From a virus (taxonomy: Duplodnaviria > Caudoviricetes): 37,613 bases of DNA. Below the pieces are notes generated by a model. That model saw only the letters and a program-made list of their open reading frames with translations, was not told where the DNA came from and made no database searches. The stretch's first letter is position 1; every line of letters starts with the position of its first letter. Positions 1 to 9,075 of this stretch are shown here, one piece after another. Position numbers and translations under genes: made by a program. Location of the stretch: positions 1-37,613 of the IMG/VR virus record IMGVR_UViG_3300025429_000037; one strand, 5' to 3'.

Positions 1-2
1 AT

Positions 3-497
3 CTAGAACTAAAATTTAAAGATTACCAAATGTATTTAACCTCTACTCATAGAGATGGTATTCCGCACACCTTAATCGCAAGTATCATACCAAGTGTAGA
101 AGAGGAAATTAATAACATTTTAAGTCAAATAGTTGATTTCCAAATTGTGTTACAAGCAGAAGACAAGTCCATTAACGCATATATAGCGTATTCTGAAGAC
201 AATTATTGGCCTTTAGAACTAACTTCTGGAATGGAAAAATTCATAGCTAGTTTGGCTATTAGAACTTCTTTAATTAATGTGTCATCGCTTCCAAAGCCTA
301 ATTTTTTAGCCATAGATGAAGGGTTTGGTGCGTTAGATTCTACTAATTTAAGCTCTATGATCATGCTATTTGACTACTTAAAGACACAATTTAAGTTTAT
401 AATGATCATATCCCATATTGATTCTATGCGAGATGTTGTAGATTCTCATATAGAGATCAATAAGATCAAAGGTAAATCTAAGATAGAACATATTTAG
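3..497 (+). CDS. C-terminal part of an SbcC/Rad50-like recombination ATPase (T4 gp46-like), truncated at window start
   Basis: Frame is open from base 3. ABC-ATPase signature (LTSGMEKF), Walker B/D-loop (LAIDEGFGALD) and H-loop (IISH). Confidence 0.9.
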   Translation, partial: LELKFKDYQMYLTSTHRDGIPHTLIASIIPSVEEEINNILSQIVDFQIVLQAEDKSINAYIAYSEDNYWPLELTSGMEKFIASLAIRTSLINVSSLPKPNFLAIDEGFGALDSTNLSSMIMLFDYLKTQFKFIMIISHIDSMRDVVDSHIEINKIKGKSKIEHI

Positions 498-499
498 AG

Positions 500-507
500 A
501 TATTTAT
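500..507 (+). promoter_or_regulatory. ATATTTAT motif, putative phage late promoter
   Basis: Same octamer recurs just upstream of many gene starts in the window. Confidence 0.6.
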
Positions 508-519
508 TAAGAAACTTTA

Positions 520-2790
520 ATGGAATTCAATGTCATAAAGACCGTTGTTGCCATATACCCAGGAAGATTTCAACCTTTTGGTAAGCACCATGCAGCGGCA
601 TTTAAATGGTTAGAGTCAAAATTTGGATCGGCAGATACATTTATAGCTACAACAGATAAAGTAGATCCTCCAAAGAGCCCATTGAATTTTCAAGATAAGA
701 AAGCTATAATTTCTAAGTACGGATTTGGAAATCAGGTAGTTCAAGTAAAAAATCCTTATCAATCAGCAGAAATAACTTCTAAATATGATCCAAAAACTAC
801 TGCCGTAGTGTTTATGGTAGGAGAAAAGGACATGAAAGAAGATCCTAGATTCACTGTTGGAGTAAATAAATCAGGAAAAGATTCATATTTTAGAAAGTAC
901 GATGATGAAACTACTTTAAAACCATATACAGAACATGGATATTTAGTAGTGGCTCCTCATAAATCTTATGATATACCTGGGGTTGGAGAAATGAGTGGTA
1001 CAAACATAAGAAAAGCTCTTTCTACTCCTACAACTACACAACAATACAAGAAAAATTTTGAAGGTATATTTGGATGGTGGGATGAAAAATTAGGAAAATT
1101 AATGAAACAAAAATTTTCTAGTCAACCTTTAAAAGAAACTTTTATACTAAGTTCTATTTTTAAAAATCTCTTAAAAGAATCAAATATAGAAGAAAAATTC
1201 GATTTAAAAGATAGAGTTTGGAAAGATTATAATCTAAGTTCTTTAGAAGATGAAGATATGAAAGTTATTTGGGATATGTACTCAAATACTTACGCAAAAA
1301 ACGGTTTGGATTTTTCAGCATCAGACTACAATGAATTAAGAAGTAAGTATAAAGCAGTTTCTATAGAAGACGTGGATAACGATGGTATACCTGATGCATT
1401 TATAATATACAAACCAACTGAGTTTGGAAATAAAATAGCTTTACTTGGAACTAATGATAAAAAAGAAGCAAAAAAAGATTTATTAAAACAAGTATTTAGG
1501 TTATTAAAAACCCCAGGATGGTTTTTAGAAGCTTCCATGAAAATGGAAGATATTCTCTCAAAATCCGATGTACCAGTAATTACAAATCCAAAAATAATAA
1601 ATTCTATAGCCGGAAATAAAGGATTAGAAATGATGGATGATGGATATTATAAAAGAAAATTATCCAAAGTAGATAAAACTATTATAAAAAGATTATATGG
1701 AAAACCAAAAGTTTCTAATTTAAATGAATCTTTGCTTAGATTGCTATTAAGAGAAGGAGGAGCTGGTGGTCATATGGCCCATCCATTCGATCTAGATAGA
1801 GTTAAAACCGGTAATGATTTATTATCAGTATTTGAACAAACTGCAAAATTCTTAACAAAAAATCCCGCACCAGTAAAAATAGACGGCGTAAATGCTTCAA
1901 TAAGACTCGGTAATATAGATGGAAAAAGAGAATTCGTAATTGATAGAGGATCATCTAAAGAATTAGATGTAAAAGGAGTTACAAAAGCTGATCTTCCTGC
2001 AAGATTCGATATACCTGGACATGGAATGATTAAAGTAGGAGGCAAAGTGTTGGATATTTTCAATAAGTCTCTTCCATTAATAAAAGATGATTTAGCTAAA
2101 TTAGGAATGATTAAAAATCCTAATATAATGCTTAATATAGAATATGTTGAAGGCAAGACAAATGTGCAAGATTATGGTAAAAACTTTTTAGCTATACATG
2201 GATTATTAGAAATAACTCAAAATCCAGGAAAAAAATCAAGATCAACTCATGAAATTCCATACTCTAAAGATGTTTTAGAATCCATGATCACTAAAATGCA
2301 GCCAGTGGCTAAAAAATATGGATTCGAAATACTATCTTCAATTCCTGCTAAATTAGAAAAAACTCCAAACTATGGATTAGCTCTTTCTAAAAATTATACT
2401 GTTAATATTGATGGAAAAAATAAGCAAACTAAATCTCTTAAACAGTGGTTAAGTGAAGCTAATAATACAAAAGGTCTTAAATTAAAATTAAAAGACGGTA
2501 AAACAGTAGACGCATTAAGTAAACAAGTATTTTTAGCTGTTAAAAAAGGAACACCTATAACTGATTTGATTGCGGATCCTAAAGACCAAAAAGTTGCTAT
2601 AGATTCTTTTGTAATTTATGAAGCTACTATGGAATTGGGAGATTCATTACTAAAATCTATGAATTCTCCTTTAGGTCCGGTTGATAAACAAGAGGGCATA
2701 GTTGTAAGAGATAAAGCAATTGCGAACGAACCATTTAAAATAACTGGATCCTTTATAGTTAGAGGATTAGAAACATCATTTACAAGATAA
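520..2790 (+). CDS. Multidomain protein: N-terminal HIGH-superfamily (cytidylyltransferase-like) nucleotidyltransferase, unknown middle domain, C-terminal ligase-like nucleotidyltransferase domain
   Basis: YPGRFQPFGKHH and MSGTNIRK in the N-terminal domain. KIDG (1876-1887), EGIVV (2692-2706) and FKITG in the C-terminal domain. LxE-rich linkers separate the domains. Confidence 0.7.
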   Translation: MEFNVIKTVVAIYPGRFQPFGKHHAAAFKWLESKFGSADTFIATTDKVDPPKSPLNFQDKKAIISKYGFGNQVVQVKNPYQSAEITSKYDPKTTAVVFMVGEKDMKEDPRFTVGVNKSGKDSYFRKYDDETTLKPYTEHGYLVVAPHKSYDIPGVGEMSGTNIRKALSTPTTTQQYKKNFEGIFGWWDEKLGKLMKQKFSSQPLKETFILSSIFKNLLKESNIEEKFDLKDRVWKDYNLSSLEDEDMKVIWDMYSNTYAKNGLDFSASDYNELRSKYKAVSIEDVDNDGIPDAFIIYKPTEFGNKIALLGTNDKKEAKKDLLKQVFRLLKTPGWFLEASMKMEDILSKSDVPVITNPKIINSIAGNKGLEMMDDGYYKRKLSKVDKTIIKRLYGKPKVSNLNESLLRLLLREGGAGGHMAHPFDLDRVKTGNDLLSVFEQTAKFLTKNPAPVKIDGVNASIRLGNIDGKREFVIDRGSSKELDVKGVTKADLPARFDIPGHGMIKVGGKVLDIFNKSLPLIKDDLAKLGMIKNPNIMLNIEYVEGKTNVQDYGKNFLAIHGLLEITQNPGKKSRSTHEIPYSKDVLESMITKMQPVAKKYGFEILSSIPAKLEKTPNYGLALSKNYTVNIDGKNKQTKSLKQWLSEANNTKGLKLKLKDGKTVDALSKQVFLAVKKGTPITDLIADPKDQKVAIDSFVIYEATMELGDSLLKSMNSPLGPVDKQEGIVVRDKAIANEPFKITGSFIVRGLETSFTR

Positions 2791-3188
2791 TGACTACTCA
2801 AGAAAGAATAAATTTAATAGAAGATTTTATAGATTTTGCATCTTATCATTTAAAGATAGAAAACCTTCCTAAAATAACTTTTATAGATGATAAAAGTTGG
2901 GTATTAGCTAGACACAGTTTTGGAGAATATACAGATGCTAAAAATTCAATAGTAATGTATATTGCAAATAGAAATTTAGCAGATTCTTTACGTACTTTAG
3001 GTCATGAATTAACACATCATAGACAAAATGAATTAGGATTATTATACGCTAAGTCAGGAGAAACTGGATCTGATGTAGAAGATGAAGCTAACATAGTGGC
3101 TGGAATATTAATGAGAGAATTTGGTAAGAAAAATGAACTAATATACGAAGGGGTTAAAAAAAATATCTTTGCTGAATTAATAAAATAA
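2790..3188 (+). CDS. Zincin-like metallopeptidase-fold protein
   Basis: LRTLGHELTHHRQ (HExxH) with downstream EDEAN; TAATG overlap with the upstream gene. Confidence 0.7.
   Translation: MTTQERINLIEDFIDFASYHLKIENLPKITFIDDKSWVLARHSFGEYTDAKNSIVMYIANRNLADSLRTLGHELTHHRQNELGLLYAKSGETGSDVEDEANIVAGILMREFGKKNELIYEGVKKNIFAELIK
3164..3171 (+). promoter_or_regulatory. TATCTTTG, Bacteroidota-type -7 promoter element (TAnnTTTG)
   Basis: Exact consensus match 22 nt upstream of the ATG at 3194. That gene lacks ATATTTAT. Confidence 0.4.
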
Positions 3189-3193
3189 AGAAT

Positions 3194-3763
3194 ATGAAAG
3201 AAACAGTTTTGAAAAGAGAGTTTTCAAAGAAAGATGTGCAAAGAATGAGAAATATTATCACCAAAAAAATAGGTGATAAAACTCAAGTATTAGCTGGTTG
3301 GGAAAAAAAGACTCAAGATCATCAAGAGGGAGATATCTGGGAAGAAGATGGGCGCTCATGGACAATCTCTAATGGGTTAAAGCAAACAATTACAAAGCTT
3401 GATGGATTAAAGAGTTTGGCTATATTCCCTCTATGTTGTCCTAAGTGTCAAAAACCTATGAAAGCAGACGAATTGAACAAAAAAATGTACGGAATTCATA
3501 AAATATGCTTTGATTGTACCATAGACATGGAAGGAGAAATCAAAAGACAAGGAAAGTGGGAAGAGTATGTTAGTGAACAAAGAAACGCTAATAAAAATTC
3601 AGAATTAGATGATTTAGAAGTAGCTATTGAAGCTTGGTTAAATCAAAAAGATTCATTTGTATCAGAAGCAGGAGAGATAGAAAGTTGGTCACAAGGTAAT
3701 AAAAGTAAAATGTATGAAGAAGTTAAACAATGGATAGAAGAACAAAAGAAAGTAAAATTATAA
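3194..3763 (+). CDS. Hypothetical protein with putative Zn finger
   Basis: CPKC...CFDC; 189 aa ORF. Confidence 0.75.
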   Translation: MKETVLKREFSKKDVQRMRNIITKKIGDKTQVLAGWEKKTQDHQEGDIWEEDGRSWTISNGLKQTITKLDGLKSLAIFPLCCPKCQKPMKADELNKKMYGIHKICFDCTIDMEGEIKRQGKWEEYVSEQRNANKNSELDDLEVAIEAWLNQKDSFVSEAGEIESWSQGNKSKMYEEVKQWIEEQKKVKL

Positions 3764-3764
3764 C

Positions 3765-3772
3765 ATATTTAT
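3765..3772 (+). promoter_or_regulatory. ATATTTAT motif, putative late promoter
   Basis: Intergenic, upstream of ATG 3789. Confidence 0.6.
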
Positions 3773-3788
3773 AAATAAATCTCAAGAG

Positions 3789-4403
3789 ATGCCTTCAAAA
3801 TCAAAAGCTCAACAACGCCTAATGGGAATGGTACATGCCGCACAAAAAGGTGAAAAACCCGCAAGTCCTAAAGTCGCAAAGTTAGCAAAATCAATGACAA
3901 AAACATCAGCAACAGACTTTGCTTCTACAAAGCATAAAGGTCTTCCAAATAAAAAGAAAAAACCTAAATATGAAAATCATATAGGAGAAATTCATGCTGT
4001 TGTTCATCCTCATGAAGGTTGTACGGTAGCAGGAATGATTAAAGAAATTGATCCTTTAAAAGGATTAGCTCCTCATTCTATAATGGCAGAAGAAGTGCAT
4101 AGTTTACATCCTAGCAGAGAACACGCACTTAAAACGGCTACAAAACTTCATGGTGAACATCTTAAAAAATTAGAAGAGGTAGAAAAAAAGAAAGATCATG
4201 TTGCTAAAAAAATCACTCATACTATTGATTCTTTAGAAAAGAAAAGAAAAGATCATGTAGATTTAGCAAAAGAAGATCCTAAAAATGCTAGATCTCACAA
4301 AGAACATATTGCTCATTTAGCTCATCAAATAGATGATTTAATGGATAAACTTGAAAGAGTAGAAAGATCAAAAAAACATAAAAAAGAAGAAAAAAAGAAA
4401 TAA
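3789..4403 (+). CDS. Basic His/Lys-rich phage protein (DUF3008-like N-terminus), possible head/core protein
   Basis: MPSKSKAQQRLMGMVHA...DFASTKHKGLP N-terminus, followed by a coiled-coil-like region. Confidence 0.65.
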   Translation: MPSKSKAQQRLMGMVHAAQKGEKPASPKVAKLAKSMTKTSATDFASTKHKGLPNKKKKPKYENHIGEIHAVVHPHEGCTVAGMIKEIDPLKGLAPHSIMAEEVHSLHPSREHALKTATKLHGEHLKKLEEVEKKKDHVAKKITHTIDSLEKKRKDHVDLAKEDPKNARSHKEHIAHLAHQIDDLMDKLERVERSKKHKKEEKKK

Positions 4404-4720
4404 TGATTGAAACTAATCATTTTTGTCCTCAATGTTTATATGAATATATCAAAAAACATTGGAATTCTTTACAAGAAGCAAAGTATCATGGTAAAACTGT
4501 TACTTTAGGAAAACCATTTCTTACTCCTGATGGTCCTAAAAAAAGATCTGTCTATGTTAAAAATGCAAAAGGAAATGTGGTTAAAGTTAATTTTGGTCAA
4601 AAAGGTGTAGCAATAAAAAAACATTTACCGAAACATAGAAAATCTTATAGAGCACGTCACCACTGCGAAAATCCAGGGCCTAGAGATCGTGCTAATTATT
4701 GGAGCTGTAGAGCATGGTAA
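4403..4720 (+). CDS. Conserved basic phage protein
   Basis: VKVNFG...RARHHC...ANYWSCRAW motif, preceded by LQE. Confidence 0.7.
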   Translation: MIETNHFCPQCLYEYIKKHWNSLQEAKYHGKTVTLGKPFLTPDGPKKRSVYVKNAKGNVVKVNFGQKGVAIKKHLPKHRKSYRARHHCENPGPRDRANYWSCRAW

Positions 4721-4727
4721 TATCACA

Positions 4728-4735
4728 ATATTTAT
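4728..4735 (+). promoter_or_regulatory. ATATTTAT motif, putative late promoter
   Basis: Intergenic, upstream of ATG 4751. Confidence 0.6.
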
Positions 4736-4750
4736 ATTAATAAAATAAAC

Positions 4751-5275
4751 ATGAAAACTAGTACTAAATTAAAATTAGCCCTCCTTAAAGAATTTGGTCA
4801 TCAACCTGGTGAAATAGAAGATACTATTGTAGCTAAATTTCCTAAAAGAAAAGAAGATTCTGTTCATATTGGAATGAAAGATTATGATCCTCATAGAGAA
4901 GAACAAGAATACGGAATGTGCCAAGAATGTGGAGTTCCTGCAATGTATGAAGGAAAGTGTCAAGAGTGTGGATATATAGAAGAAGGTGAAGATACCGTTT
5001 TTATGGTTAAAAAAACATTAGAACATATTTTAGATAATGTAAATGAATTATTAGAAAAAGTTCATAGCGGGGAAGAAATCCCAGCATGGATAGTAGATCA
5101 TATTACTAAATCTGGTACATTTTTAGATGAAGCCGCAGATGGATTTTATTTAGATAATAATGAGCCAGAAGAAGAACCTGAACATACTGATGATATGAGT
5201 TTAGATAATATTTTTGAAAATATTAAAAGAAAGAGAAAGAAAAAATTTAAAAACAGTTATACTAAAAATAAATAA
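4751..5275 (+). CDS. Hypothetical acidic protein with CQECG x2, putative internal head protein
   Basis: CQECG...CQECG Zn ribbon, IPAWIVDHIT motif, LLKE near the N-terminus. Confidence 0.7.
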   Translation: MKTSTKLKLALLKEFGHQPGEIEDTIVAKFPKRKEDSVHIGMKDYDPHREEQEYGMCQECGVPAMYEGKCQECGYIEEGEDTVFMVKKTLEHILDNVNELLEKVHSGEEIPAWIVDHITKSGTFLDEAADGFYLDNNEPEEEPEHTDDMSLDNIFENIKRKRKKKFKNSYTKNK

Positions 5276-5277
5276 TT

Positions 5278-5748
5278 ATGGTAGCAAATAGTAATTGCAT
5301 TAATTTAATTAAGTCTTTTGAAGGTCTTTATTTAAATGCATATCATGATCTAATAGATCCTCCTGGAGTAGATACTATAGGATATGGTACTATACAATAT
5401 CCTCCAACTTATTTAGGAGGTAAGCATGTAAAAGTAGGAGATCCTAAAATTACAGAAGATCAAGCAATTGAATTTCTTATGTGGGAAGTAAATGTAAAAA
5501 CTTCTCATTTACCAAACATAGTTCATGCTAATTTAACTCCCAATCAATGGGGAGCTATAATTAGTTTTGAGTATAATTTAGGAGAAGGCGCCTTAGAAAG
5601 TTCAACGCTTTTAAAAGAAATTAACTCTAATCCAAATAATCCTGATATTAGAAATCAATTTTTAAGATGGGATAGAGCGTCTGGTGAAGAAGTTGCAGGA
5701 CTAGAAAGAAGAAGAATAGCAGAGGCTGATTTATATTTTACAGAATAA
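5278..5748 (+). CDS. Phage lysozyme (GH24, RrrD/T4-lysozyme-like)
   Basis: IKSFEG-x7-D...TIGYG catalytic region, FEYNLG, GLERRRIAEADLY. Confidence 0.92.
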   Translation: MVANSNCINLIKSFEGLYLNAYHDLIDPPGVDTIGYGTIQYPPTYLGGKHVKVGDPKITEDQAIEFLMWEVNVKTSHLPNIVHANLTPNQWGAIISFEYNLGEGALESSTLLKEINSNPNNPDIRNQFLRWDRASGEEVAGLERRRIAEADLYFTE

Positions 5749-5764
5749 TTGTTAGTTTAACACC

Positions 5765-7873
5765 ATGATGATAGATAATAATAACATATTAAAAATATTA
5801 TTGGAAGCAGACGCAGATCCAAATGATCCTGAAAAGCAACCAAATGAAAAACCTAAAAAACCTGAAGGATTTGAAGAGGATCCTATGGGATTTATTATAC
5901 GTAAATATCATGGGTTAAGAGAGACATTAGTTGAATTAATGAGCAACGACTTTAAACAGTATTTGACAGCAATTTTTGTTATTGCTCCAAAACCAACTAC
6001 ATTTAAAATTGTATTACATAATGGTCAATTTTTCTTTATAAAATATATGGGGAAAAATATATATGAAGCAAATATAGCAGGAAAAAGATACTATTTAAAT
6101 AATATAGGTATAAAAGAAAGAGCTATGGAAGCTATAGCTAGACTTCTTAAGTTTGGAAATCCTTTAAAAAGCAAAGGCCCAGAAGGAGCAGAACAAGGAA
6201 CTCGTCCAGAAACTGGAGGAGGATCTACTGGAGGCGGCGGTGGATTTGGAGGTGGTGCAGAAACTACAGAAACTGGAGGTGAGGAAGGCACAGAAACCAC
6301 TGAAACAGGAGAAGAAACAGCTCCAGAAAGTGAAGAATCGTTAAAAGAATCAGCATTGAAAATCAATATGTTAAAAAATTTATTATTGATAACCAATGAA
6401 GAATTTTCTGTGAATGATCAAGAAATGATTAAGGTATTGGTAAAAGAAGTAAATTTACCTTCTAAACCAAAAACAAATCAAATGAAAAAGAACACAGAAA
6501 AAACAGTAACCCTTTACAAAGCTATTCAAAAAGCAATCTCTGATGCCGGATTTAAAGTATCAACAGAAAATAAGGGTAATAGAGGCCCAGTATTAAGAAC
6601 TGATTTTAAAACATCAAGCGATACGCAATCTGTAATTGAAAAAACTTTAAGTAAATTATTACCTAAAGGAACTTTTAAAATAACTGAATTTCAAAAAAAT
6701 CAAGGTGAGTCTAAATCAGGTACTTATCCTACATATAAAATTGAATTAATAAAAGATGCCGATAACTATAAGAAGGGAGAGTCTGTATTTGTGATTAGTA
6801 CTATGAAAGAAGGCGCTAGTACAAAAGGTAAAGCTTTAACTCCAAATAAATTAGGTCTTACTTCTAAGTCATTTAAACGAGCTTCTACATTAGCTGCTAC
6901 AATTAAAAATAATATACCATCAGTTACAAGTAATCCAAAATTAGTAGAACTTTTAGATAGTTTAGTAGATGATGTATTAGCAAAATCACCAAAAGGTAGA
7001 TTTAGAGATGTATCAGAAATTACAAAATATAATGAACCTATTCAATTAAGTGAAAGAACTAAAAAAGCTATTTCGCAAGTCAGTTCACAAGACTTAGGAA
7101 TGATTGGTTCTGATTTTGGAGAATGTTTAGGAGCAATAGTATTATTAAATAGCGTGAAAGATCCAGGAACGGGGTTAAGCTTTCCTGCGGATGAAGCAAA
7201 TCCTTTAGCAGATTTTATATTAGACGGATATAATGTATCTTCTAAATACAATAAAGGCGCCGCAGCAACTATAACTGATACTATAAAAAATCTTAAAAAA
7301 GATCAATTAACGACACTAGGGCAAAAAAAATTATACAAAATATTTCAAACTATTTTCTATAATGATGCAATTCAAGGACCTATTGAAGTTGCAAAAATGC
7401 TAAATTTAGATGGTCTTGAAAAATTATCACAGATAGTAAAAATACCTGCTCAAGATATTGATCGTGATAATTTAAATATTTATGTGCAAAAATTATTAAA
7501 ATCAGCCACTACTGATCAACAAAAAGAAGATATTATAAAAAAGAAGTTTGGATCTTTCTTTAAATTAATACAAAAATCTCCAAACTTTCCTTTAAAATGG
7601 AGAGATTTGTCTCCTAAAAAATATTTTGGAATCTTAACTGCTCCATTAGCTAATTATGTAGCTGCTTATTTAAATAGTGATAAAGTTTATAAAAAAGCTT
7701 TAACTGATATAATGAGTAAATCTGAAGTTAAACAATTGTATTTAACAATGAATGTTAAACAAAATACAGCTAATTTTAACTTAAAGAGTTTTTCTAGTTC
7801 TCAATTTGAATTTGATTCAGCATTATCAGCATATAATCCAGGAGTTAAAAAATTAGCTTTCAGAATTCTTTAA
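5765..7873 (+). CDS. Large multidomain protein with a Gly/Glu/Thr linker; C-terminal domain possibly PD-(D/E)xK nuclease-like
   Basis: 702 aa; low-complexity linker at about 6180-6350; DFGECLG...FP..EANPLADFILDGYNVSSK motif. Confidence 0.55.
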   Translation: MMIDNNNILKILLEADADPNDPEKQPNEKPKKPEGFEEDPMGFIIRKYHGLRETLVELMSNDFKQYLTAIFVIAPKPTTFKIVLHNGQFFFIKYMGKNIYEANIAGKRYYLNNIGIKERAMEAIARLLKFGNPLKSKGPEGAEQGTRPETGGGSTGGGGGFGGGAETTETGGEEGTETTETGEETAPESEESLKESALKINMLKNLLLITNEEFSVNDQEMIKVLVKEVNLPSKPKTNQMKKNTEKTVTLYKAIQKAISDAGFKVSTENKGNRGPVLRTDFKTSSDTQSVIEKTLSKLLPKGTFKITEFQKNQGESKSGTYPTYKIELIKDADNYKKGESVFVISTMKEGASTKGKALTPNKLGLTSKSFKRASTLAATIKNNIPSVTSNPKLVELLDSLVDDVLAKSPKGRFRDVSEITKYNEPIQLSERTKKAISQVSSQDLGMIGSDFGECLGAIVLLNSVKDPGTGLSFPADEANPLADFILDGYNVSSKYNKGAAATITDTIKNLKKDQLTTLGQKKLYKIFQTIFYNDAIQGPIEVAKMLNLDGLEKLSQIVKIPAQDIDRDNLNIYVQKLLKSATTDQQKEDIIKKKFGSFFKLIQKSPNFPLKWRDLSPKKYFGILTAPLANYVAAYLNSDKVYKKALTDIMSKSEVKQLYLTMNVKQNTANFNLKSFSSSQFEFDSALSAYNPGVKKLAFRIL

Positions 7874-7892
7874 TACATAAAAGATAAATTAT

Positions 7893-7923
7893 ACCCGGTC
7901 GTAAGACCGGGTTATATTTGTTT
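7893..7923 (+). terminator. Intrinsic terminator-like hairpin
   Basis: Perfect 8-bp stem ACCCGGTC-GTAA-GACCGGGT (GNRA loop) followed by TATATTTGTTT. Confidence 0.8.
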
Positions 7924-7935
7924 AAACAAGTTATA

Positions 7936-8169
7936 ATGTCAAATATACCGCAATATAGAATCATCACAACTACAGATGGTAATACTATACATTTAGTAGA
8001 AATTCCTGGAGAAACTGCTAAGCCACATTCAATAGATGGTCCTGCATGGATTTACGCTGATGGTAAAAAAGAATATTACATTTATGGATTAAAACATTCT
8101 CAATTATCTTGGGAAAAGTCTGTATCTTTTTATAAGACTAAAAGATCTTCTATAGACGAATCAAATTAA
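7936..8169 (+). CDS. Small hypothetical protein with one H-x2-DGPA...G.KEYY..G unit
   Basis: ATG 7936 preferred over TTG 7918, which lies in the terminator tail. TATATTTG (TAnnTTTG) at 7913-7920 upstream. Confidence 0.7.
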   Translation: MSNIPQYRIITTTDGNTIHLVEIPGETAKPHSIDGPAWIYADGKKEYYIYGLKHSQLSWEKSVSFYKTKRSSIDESN

Positions 8170-8173
8170 TTAC

Positions 8174-8181
8174 ATATTTAT
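8174..8181 (+). promoter_or_regulatory. ATATTTAT motif, putative late promoter
   Basis: Intergenic, upstream of ATG 8196. Confidence 0.6.
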
Positions 8182-8195
8182 AATAAATAGTTTTT

Positions 8196-8888
8196 ATGAA
8201 ACAAACAATCATTGTATCTGTCTTATCAGTCATTATAGTTGCGTTTTTGGTTTATTATTTTAAGCCAGAAAAGAAATTTGATACTAAACCATATATAGTA
8301 AAAATTGATTCTTTACAAGATAAAATTACTTTTTTTAGCCTTAAAAATGATTCTTTACAAAATAGAATATTTCTTTTAGAAGACTGGAATGATCAACTTC
8401 AAGGTGAATCTACTGATCTTAAAAGAGCAATTTTTAATTTAAAACATGATAGTTCAAGAATTAAAATTATTAAGATATATACTCCAATGGAAGCCGATAG
8501 TTTCTTCTTAAACAGATACGGACAACTTTATAATGTTTTTACAAAAGACACAACAAGATTGCCCTTACCAGTATCCAAAGCAGCAATAGTGGATTTATTA
8601 GAATATGATAAAACTAAAAGCATATTATTTAAAACAGATAGTTTAGTAGCTGTGCAAACAGATATTATTACAAATAAAGAAGAAGTCATTAGTGTTCTTA
8701 ATAAAAAAGAATCAGATGATCAAGCTATTATTGATTTGCATCTAAAACAAATAGATACATACAAACAAGAAGTTGGAGGTCTACAAATAAGTCTTAAAAA
8801 AGCAAATAGATCAATTAGAAATCAAAAAATTAAAACAATAGTTTTAGGAATTGCTGCAGGAGCAGTATTGATTGCTACTCATAAATAA
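8196..8888 (+). CDS. Membrane-anchored coiled-coil protein, possibly spanin-like lysis protein
   Basis: N-terminal hydrophobic helix, long coiled-coil-like body, C-terminal hydrophobic segment IVLGIAAGAVLIA. Confidence 0.5.
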   Translation: MKQTIIVSVLSVIIVAFLVYYFKPEKKFDTKPYIVKIDSLQDKITFFSLKNDSLQNRIFLLEDWNDQLQGESTDLKRAIFNLKHDSSRIKIIKIYTPMEADSFFLNRYGQLYNVFTKDTTRLPLPVSKAAIVDLLEYDKTKSILFKTDSLVAVQTDIITNKEEVISVLNKKESDDQAIIDLHLKQIDTYKQEVGGLQISLKKANRSIRNQKIKTIVLGIAAGAVLIATHK

Positions 8889-8889
8889 T

Positions 8890-9075
8890 ATGGCTGCTGA
8901 AGGAATAAACATACAAGATAGAATTAAAGAAGAGTATTTAAAATTAATGTCTAATAACATTAATGAACAACTTTTAGATGATTATATAAAAATTATTTAT
9001 TATTCTAATATAATAAAAGTATGCGCTAAAAAAATTAATAAAACAGGAGGACTATATTTTAAATATGCAAATTAA
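8890..9075 (+). pseudogene. Remnant: duplicated terminase N-terminus fused to a NUMOD1-like homing endonuclease tail
   Basis: INIQDRIKEEYLK matches terminase IDIKERIKDEYLK at 9 of 13 residues. SNIIKVCAKKINKTGGLYFKY resembles NUMOD1/IENR1 tails. Confidence 0.6.
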
